DNA of 30,000 nt from Endozoicomonas elysicola (GTDB lineage Bacteria; Pseudomonadota; Gammaproteobacteria; Pseudomonadales; Endozoicomonadaceae): positions 295,083-325,082 of the forward strand of contig NZ_JOJP01000001.1 in assembly GCF_000710775.1 (NCBI RefSeq), in the 5' to 3' direction. Positions 25,172 through 30,000 of this stretch are shown here, one piece after another (within the stretch, counting starts at the first letter, position 1; the number at the start of each line of letters is the position of its first letter). A program made the translations under genes and the position numbers. The notes beneath the pieces are model-generated. The model was not told where the DNA came from. It saw nothing but the letters and a program-made list of their open reading frames with translations, and ran no database searches.

Positions 25172-27025
25172 TCAGACGCCGGGGCGCTGGTACATGCGCT
25201 TTTCTTCCCAGTCAGCAACCGCTTTGGCAGTACGATCATCACGGGTAACTTTTGGCAGACCCACTTCCCACCAGCAGTCACACTTGGACCAGGCGTTCGG
25301 ATCGATGTCCACAACAATGGCAGTGGTTCGGTCAGCGGCCTTGGCTTTAGCGAACGCTTCATCAAACTCATGCATGCCACTGATCTTGATCGCCAGAGCA
25401 CCCTGAGCTTCTGCATGCTTGGCAAAGTCAACACGGGCCAGTTCACCCGTTACTTCACGACGGCAGTCTTTCAGAAGGTTATTGAAGGATTCGTTACCGG
25501 TGTTGTTCTGCAGTTTGTTGATAACGGCAAAGCCTGCGTTATCACACACCACCACAATCATCTTGTGACCGGTCAGGACAGAACTGTAGATATCGGAGTT
25601 CATCAGCATGTAAGAGCCGTCACCCACCAGAACCACCACATCGTTGTCTGGATTGGCAATCTTGGCACCCCAGCCACCGGCAATTTCATAACCCATACAG
25701 GAGTAGCCAAATTCGATATCGAACTTGCCAAGCTGCTTGCTCTGCCAGTTCATGGCCAGTTCTGCAGGCAGACCACCCGCAGCTGTCAGAACGGTGTCGC
25801 CTTCTTCGGTCAGGCGGTTAACAGCACCAACAACCTGGGCGTAAGAAGCCATATCTCCTTCAACCGGTGTAATACGTTTGGTGACCAGAGCCTTCCACTC
25901 GTTGGTCACTTCCACACCCTTGGCAGTCCACTCTTCAGAGAAGCGAACGCCCTGAAGCTGTTCGCTCAGCTTTGGCAGTGTGTCGCGGGCATCGCCAATC
26001 ACAGGGACGGAGCGGTGCTTGATCGCATCAAAGTGCGCTACGTTAATGCTGACAATTTTCAGCCCTTCATCGCGGAATACGGACCAGGAACCGGTGGTGA
26101 AGTCCTGCAGACGGGTACCAACAGCCAGCACCAGATCAGCATGGCCAGCCATGTAGTTGGCGGAGTCAGAACCGGTAACCCCAATCGGACCGCAGTTCAG
26201 CGGGTTGTCCTGAAGCATGGTGGCTCGGCCAGCAATGGTTTCTACCACTGGAATGTTGTGGGTTTCAGCAAACGCTTTCAGTTCTTCAGACGCTTCTGAG
26301 TAGTGAATACCACCACCGCTGATGATCAGCGGACGCTTGGCGTTGCGGAGCAGTTCAGCGGCTTCTGCCACCATGCAGGCTTCTGGTTGTGGACGACGAA
26401 TTCTGTGTAATTTCTCTTCAAAGAAGCATTCTGGGAAGTCAAAGGTATGACCCCAGACATCCTGTGGAACACCCAGGAAAGCAGGACCACAGCTGGCTGG
26501 GTCGAGCATGGTATCAACCGCATGAGGCAGAGAATGAATCAGCTGCTCAGGGTGAGTGATACGGTCCCAGTAACGGGTAACAGCCTTGAACGCATCGTTG
26601 GTGCTGATGGTTGGGTTGTGAAAATGTTCGGTCTGCTGCAATACAGGGTCAGGCAGACGACTGGCATAGGTATCGCCAGAGATCATCAGCAGCGGCAGAC
26701 GGTTGGCATGAGCAACACCTGCAGCGGTAATCATGTTGGCAGCACCAGGACCAATGGATGTGGTCGCAACACCAATACGCTGACGCTTATTTGCCTTGGC
26801 ATAGGCAACGGCAGCCATGGCCATGGACTGCTCGTTCTGACCACGCCAGGTTGGAATCTTGTCTTCTATATTTTTTAACTGCTGAGAAAAGCAGGTAACG
26901 TTGCCATGACCAAAAATACCAAAGCAGGTACCAAAGAGTTGCTCAACCTTGCCGTCCACCTCAATTTTCTGGGCAACCAGGTATTTGGCCAGTGCTTCTG
27001 CGGTTGTTAGACGAATGCGTTTCAT
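25172..27025 (-). CDS. iolD: 3D-(3,5/4)-trihydroxycyclohexane-1,2-dione acylhydrolase IolD (ThDP-dependent)
   Basis: ThDP-enzyme architecture is present (N-terminal Pyr domain GHGNV ... GPGA.NM, C-terminal GDGSY.M motif VLVGDGSYMLMNS). The length and context fit IolD. I set the start at the internal ATG at 27025 (MKRIRLTTAEALAKYLV..., 617 aa). The 33-codon upstream extension is basic and low-complexity and crosses the iolE-iolD spacer. Confidence 0.85.
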   Translation of the reverse strand: MKRIRLTTAEALAKYLVAQKIEVDGKVEQLFGTCFGIFGHGNVTCFSQQLKNIEDKIPTWRGQNEQSMAMAAVAYAKANKRQRIGVATTSIGPGAANMITAAGVAHANRLPLLMISGDTYASRLPDPVLQQTEHFHNPTISTNDAFKAVTRYWDRITHPEQLIHSLPHAVDTMLDPASCGPAFLGVPQDVWGHTFDFPECFFEEKLHRIRRPQPEACMVAEAAELLRNAKRPLIISGGGIHYSEASEELKAFAETHNIPVVETIAGRATMLQDNPLNCGPIGVTGSDSANYMAGHADLVLAVGTRLQDFTTGSWSVFRDEGLKIVSINVAHFDAIKHRSVPVIGDARDTLPKLSEQLQGVRFSEEWTAKGVEVTNEWKALVTKRITPVEGDMASYAQVVGAVNRLTEEGDTVLTAAGGLPAELAMNWQSKQLGKFDIEFGYSCMGYEIAGGWGAKIANPDNDVVVLVGDGSYMLMNSDIYSSVLTGHKMIVVVCDNAGFAVINKLQNNTGNESFNNLLKDCRREVTGELARVDFAKHAEAQGALAIKISGMHEFDEAFAKAKAADRTTAIVVDIDPNAWSKCDCWWEVGLPKVTRDDRTAKAVADWEEKRMYQRPGV

Positions 27026-27149
27026 GCTGACGGAACTCGTTAATAATTTCCCGGAATGTTTCAACTGACGATTCCCGTAAAACCCCCTCTTCGTCCGGTT
27101 GCCCGGAACAGGCAGGGGGAACACCCCGGGAAACAGTCAGTGCCTGGAC

Positions 27150-28040
27150 TTACAGTCCTGCTTTAGCCACGTAGGCAGTCAGATTCTTGTAAGCCATGTC
27201 TGCATAAGTCTGTGGGTGAGCAACCGCAGGATCCTGCTCAGCTTCAACCACCAGCCAGCCTTCGTAGTCGAAGTTTTTCAGGGCAGCGAAGATTTCATCC
27301 CAGTTCAGGTCACCATCACCAGGAACAGTGAATACGCCGTTCAGAACCGCTTTCAGGAATGGAAGGTCTTTTTCACGAGCGTCTTTCATTACATCCAGAC
27401 GAACGTCTTTGGTGTGGAAGTGAACAATACGCTCACCAACCAGACGGATGATTTCAGCAGCATTACCACCGCCGTATGTGGCGTGGGCAGTATCAAATGT
27501 CAGGCCAACAGATGGCCCGGTGTACTGCATGAACATTTCAAAGTCACGTGGCGTTTCAAAAACAGTACCTACATGGTGATGGAATGCCAGACGAATACCG
27601 TGCTCTTTCAGGTAATCAGCAAACTGGGTTACTTTGGCACCATACTCTTTCCACTCTTCGTCAGTCAGCACTACGCGAGTAGAAAGTGGTTTTTCAATAT
27701 CACCATGAACCGTGTTGCTGACTTCACCGGCAACCATAACTTTACAGCCGCAGCCTTTCATCAGGGCCAGGTGACTCTGAACCGCATCAATCTCTTCTTC
27801 TACAGAGCGATGGCACAGTTCCAGGCTGTACCAGCCGGAGGCCAGAACCAGACCATTTTCTTCCAGTTTTGGTTTCAGCTCATCGGTAGTGCGTGGATAC
27901 TTGACTCCCATTTCAGAACCTTTAAAACCAGCCTGGTGCATACCTGCCAGACAGGTTTCCAGAGCAATCTCACCGCCCAGACTAGGCATATCATCGTTGC
28001 TCCAGGTCAAAGGACTGATTGCCAGTTGTACCTTGCTCAT
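27150..28040 (-). CDS. iolE: Inosose (2-keto-myo-inositol) dehydratase IolE (xylose-isomerase-like TIM barrel)
   Basis: 296 aa. The N-terminal ISPLTWSNDDMPSLGGEIALETCL is the characteristic IolE opening. It is the first gene of the minus-strand iol operon and faces the divergent transporter. Confidence 0.85.
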   Translation of the reverse strand: MSKVQLAISPLTWSNDDMPSLGGEIALETCLAGMHQAGFKGSEMGVKYPRTTDELKPKLEENGLVLASGWYSLELCHRSVEEEIDAVQSHLALMKGCGCKVMVAGEVSNTVHGDIEKPLSTRVVLTDEEWKEYGAKVTQFADYLKEHGIRLAFHHHVGTVFETPRDFEMFMQYTGPSVGLTFDTAHATYGGGNAAEIIRLVGERIVHFHTKDVRLDVMKDAREKDLPFLKAVLNGVFTVPGDGDLNWDEIFAALKNFDYEGWLVVEAEQDPAVAHPQTYADMAYKNLTAYVAKAGL

Positions 28041-28155
28041 TGTTACGACTCCTAAGGTTTGGTATGAAGGGAAGCCCTTCTGATTTTCTTCAAATAGTTC
28101 GTCACGGCGTTGGCCCTATCTAACAAAAAAAATGAATTTCCAGTCAATAAGCTTT

Positions 28156-28171
28156 TGGAAAATATTTTCCA
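28156..28171. promoter_or_regulatory. Perfect 16-bp palindrome TGGAAAATATTTTCCA (GGAA-N6-TTCC), candidate IolR operator in the iolE/iolT divergent region
   Basis: Read directly at 28156-28171, and the reverse complement is identical. It lies 116 bp upstream of the iolE start and 15 bp before a TTGACA hexamer (28186-28191). As I recall, GGAA-N6-TTCC is the motif reported for the RpiR-type IolR of Sinorhizobium meliloti. Confidence 0.45.
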
Positions 28172-28505
28172 GTTCTCCACTTTTTTTGACAAGCATCAAC
28201 GTTTTAAATAACAAAAAAACTCATCCTTTCACCATCTCGAAACAGTCACGGCGCAAAAATGCCCGGAAATAATCACACTGTTTCTTTTTTAATCATCAAG
28301 TGTCGTTTATAGACAACTTCCAGCATCGGTTTGTTAATGGCTGTAAGGATGAGAAAAAGGAAAGGTGGATCCGGGTTAGCAGTCAGCCAGACAGGGTAGC
28401 TCCACCAATCGACTGGTCGACTGGCTTTATCTACCCGGGGGAAGAGCATCTCTTATCTGAGTGCTTCTGGCTGGCCTTTCATAAAAGAATGGTCAGGGAA
28501 TCATT

Positions 28506-29936
28506 GTGAAATCGAGTCAAACCCACGATATCCAATATGTAATCCGTATCTGTATGGTGTCAGCACTGGGAGGATTGCTATTCGGCTACGACACTGCTGT
28601 TATCTCCGGAGCCATTGGCCCTTTACAGGAGTACTTTTCGCTTACTCCCGCCATGACTGGCTGGGCAGTATCTAACGTCGTTGTTGGCTGCATTATTGGC
28701 AGTTATTTTGCCGGCAAGCTCAGTTACTCCACTGGCCGTAAAAATGCCCTTCTTATTGCTGCCGTTCTTTTCTTTATTTCTGCATTGGGTTCTGCTGCAG
28801 CCTCTAACTTCACATGGTTCGTTATCTATAGGATGATCGGTGGTCTGGCCGTGGGTATCGCATCGGTTATATCACCAATGTATATGTCCGAAGTGGCACC
28901 AAAAAACTACCGTGGTCGTACAGTAAGCATGCATCAACAGTCTGCTGTCATTGGCCAGACGGTGGTTTTCTTTGTCAACTTCCTGATTGCCCGCGGTGCA
29001 TCTGAGCTGTGGCTGGTCGATATGGGCTGGCGCTACATGCTGGGCTCCGAAATTATTCCGGCATTGATGTTTGGTGGCCTTTTGTTTTTGATTCCTGAGT
29101 CCCCCCGCTGGTGTGTACTTCGTGGCCGGGATAACCAGGCACTGGAAATTCTCACCCGTATTTCCAACCCGACACATGCTCAACGTACACTGGCAGATAT
29201 CAAAGCATCCATGAAAGATACTGGTACGAGCGGTGGCGTCAGTATTCTCAAATCCGGCCTGATGCCCATTGTTATCATCGGTATCATGATCGCCAGTATG
29301 CAGCAGATCATTGGTATCAACGTAATCATGTACTACACACCGGAAATTCTTAAGCCTATTGCCGGTGGTACCGAAATGGCACTGCTGCAAACCATCGTTA
29401 TCGGTGTGGTATTCATTGCCGGTAACTCTCTGGGCATGTACCTGATTGATAAAGTAGGCCGCCTGCCTCTACTGAAAGCCGGCTCTATTGGCTGTCTGAT
29501 CGGTATGCTGATGGCCAGCTGGGGAATTTTCAACCAGTCAACAGGTTATACCGCACTGTTCGGCCTGATCATTTATGTTGTGTCCTTTGCCGTCAGCTGG
29601 GGTTGCTGCTGCTGGACACTGATCTCGGAAATCTTCCCCAACCGAATTCGTTCACAGGCAATGGCCATTGCCGTTGCAGCCCAGTGGACTACCGGTTTTG
29701 TCGTCACCCAGGCGTTCCCGATGATTAACAGCAATGCCTGGTTGCAGGAACAGTTCAACGGCGCCTTCAGTTTCTGGGTATTCAGTCTGTTCTGTGTCTT
29801 CGCTTACTGGTTTGTTCAACGTTACGTACCAGAAACCAAAGGCGTCAGTCTGGAGCGTATGGAAGAGCATTTCATGTCACGCTATGGCAAGCAAAAACAG
29901 TCCACTGCCAATGCAAATCTTGCCCAAACCAGTTAA
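28506..29936 (+). CDS. MFS sugar-porter-family transporter, probable myo-inositol:H+ symporter (IolT-like)
   Basis: 476 aa. The sugar-porter signatures are GGLLFGYDTAVISGA, the GRK-type loop (STGRKNAL), PESPRW, and the C-terminal PETKG(VSLE). A GTG start at 28506 has AGGGAA 6 nt upstream. It is divergent from the iol operon. Confidence 0.8.
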   Translation: MKSSQTHDIQYVIRICMVSALGGLLFGYDTAVISGAIGPLQEYFSLTPAMTGWAVSNVVVGCIIGSYFAGKLSYSTGRKNALLIAAVLFFISALGSAAASNFTWFVIYRMIGGLAVGIASVISPMYMSEVAPKNYRGRTVSMHQQSAVIGQTVVFFVNFLIARGASELWLVDMGWRYMLGSEIIPALMFGGLLFLIPESPRWCVLRGRDNQALEILTRISNPTHAQRTLADIKASMKDTGTSGGVSILKSGLMPIVIIGIMIASMQQIIGINVIMYYTPEILKPIAGGTEMALLQTIVIGVVFIAGNSLGMYLIDKVGRLPLLKAGSIGCLIGMLMASWGIFNQSTGYTALFGLIIYVVSFAVSWGCCCWTLISEIFPNRIRSQAMAIAVAAQWTTGFVVTQAFPMINSNAWLQEQFNGAFSFWVFSLFCVFAYWFVQRYVPETKGVSLERMEEHFMSRYGKQKQSTANANLAQTS

Positions 29937-29967
29937 CCACCGGCCTAACTCCCTCTTAATATCACTT

Positions 29968-29993
29968 GTGGCTCCTGCATAGGAGCCACTTTC
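29968..29993 (+). terminator. Candidate rho-independent terminator after the MFS transporter
   Basis: The stem is GTGGCTCCT (29968-29976) / AGGAGCCAC (29981-29989) with the loop GCAT, followed by TTTCAG. It lies 32 nt after the stop codon. Confidence 0.6.
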
Positions 29994-30000
29994 AGTCTGG

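Noticed and set aside
25370-26299. 309-aa + strand ORF (and the 143-aa ORF at 26447-26878)
   Set aside because: Both are antisense shadow ORFs inside iolD with no family resemblance.
27026-27124. 33-codon N-terminal extension of the IolD ORF (tracked start 27124)
   Set aside because: The extension (MFPLPVPGNRTKRGFYGNRQLKHSGK...) is basic, low-complexity and crosses the intergenic repeat relic. Homology-like sequence begins at MKRIRLTTAEALAKYL.
27099-28055. 318-aa ORF on the + strand
   Set aside because: It is antisense to iolE over its whole length and has no recognisable domain. It is a shadow ORF.
28186-28214. Sigma70-like promoter TTGACA-N17-TAACAA for the transporter
   Set aside because: The -35 hexamer is perfect, but the best-spaced -10 candidate matches only 3 of 6 positions and lacks the invariant final T. 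That is too weak to annotate as a promoter without TSS data.
28300-28509. 69-aa GTG-initiated ORF whose stop overlaps the transporter start (GTGA)
   Set aside because: It has no Shine-Dalgarno sequence, no ATG start and no recognisable fold, and its composition is Trp/Cys-containing and atypical. I kept it only as a low-interest finding about the leader region.
1-30000. Search for CRISPR arrays, tRNA/rRNA genes, transposases, integrases, and toxin-antitoxin or defence-system genes
   Set aside because: I found no regularly spaced direct repeats, no cloverleaf-like or rRNA-like segments, and no ORFs with recombinase, nuclease or ATPase hallmarks. All substantial ORFs are accounted for by transport and catabolic functions.

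Overview
The window looks like a gammaproteobacterial chromosome, roughly 48-50% GC by eye. I saw no rRNA, tRNA, CRISPR array, transposase or integrase. There are three blocks.

(1) 178-4519 (+): a two-gene RND efflux module, a lipoprotein adaptor plus a 1042-aa permease. A convergent YieH-like HAD phosphatase follows at 4562-5218 (-).

(2) 5306-19119 (-): a tightly packed 13-gene, single-strand carnitine/crotonobetaine/gamma-butyrobetaine CoA-pathway cluster. The order is caiT-caiA-caiB-caiC-[two double-hot-dog hydratase-2/MaoC paralogues]-fixA-fixB-[65-aa membrane ORF + sodium:solute symporter]-fixC-fixX-caiE, ending in a hairpin terminator. An ORF-free, very AT-rich spacer of about 870 bp lies upstream of it.

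(3) 19994-29936: a myo-inositol catabolism locus. It holds an RpiR-type regulator, iolJ-iolB-iolC-iolG-iolD-iolE on the minus strand, and a divergent MFS inositol/sugar porter.

The most interesting signal is in block 2. CaiT, CaiA, CaiB, CaiC, CaiE and FixABCX match my recollection of the E. coli proteins closely. However, the crotonase-type CaiD is missing. Its slot holds two diverged 283-aa MaoC/hydratase-2 paralogues, one of which has lost the catalytic Asp. The cai and fix operons are fused head-to-tail rather than divergent, an extra Na+-symporter module splits fixAB from fixCX, and no CaiF is visible.

A family of imperfect palindromic intergenic elements of about 80-95 bp (3 clear copies, 1 possible relic) sits between cistrons of both catabolic operons. 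A perfect GGAA-N6-TTCC palindrome lies in the iolE/iolT divergent region.

All homology statements come from by-eye comparison with remembered sequences. No searches or computations were run.
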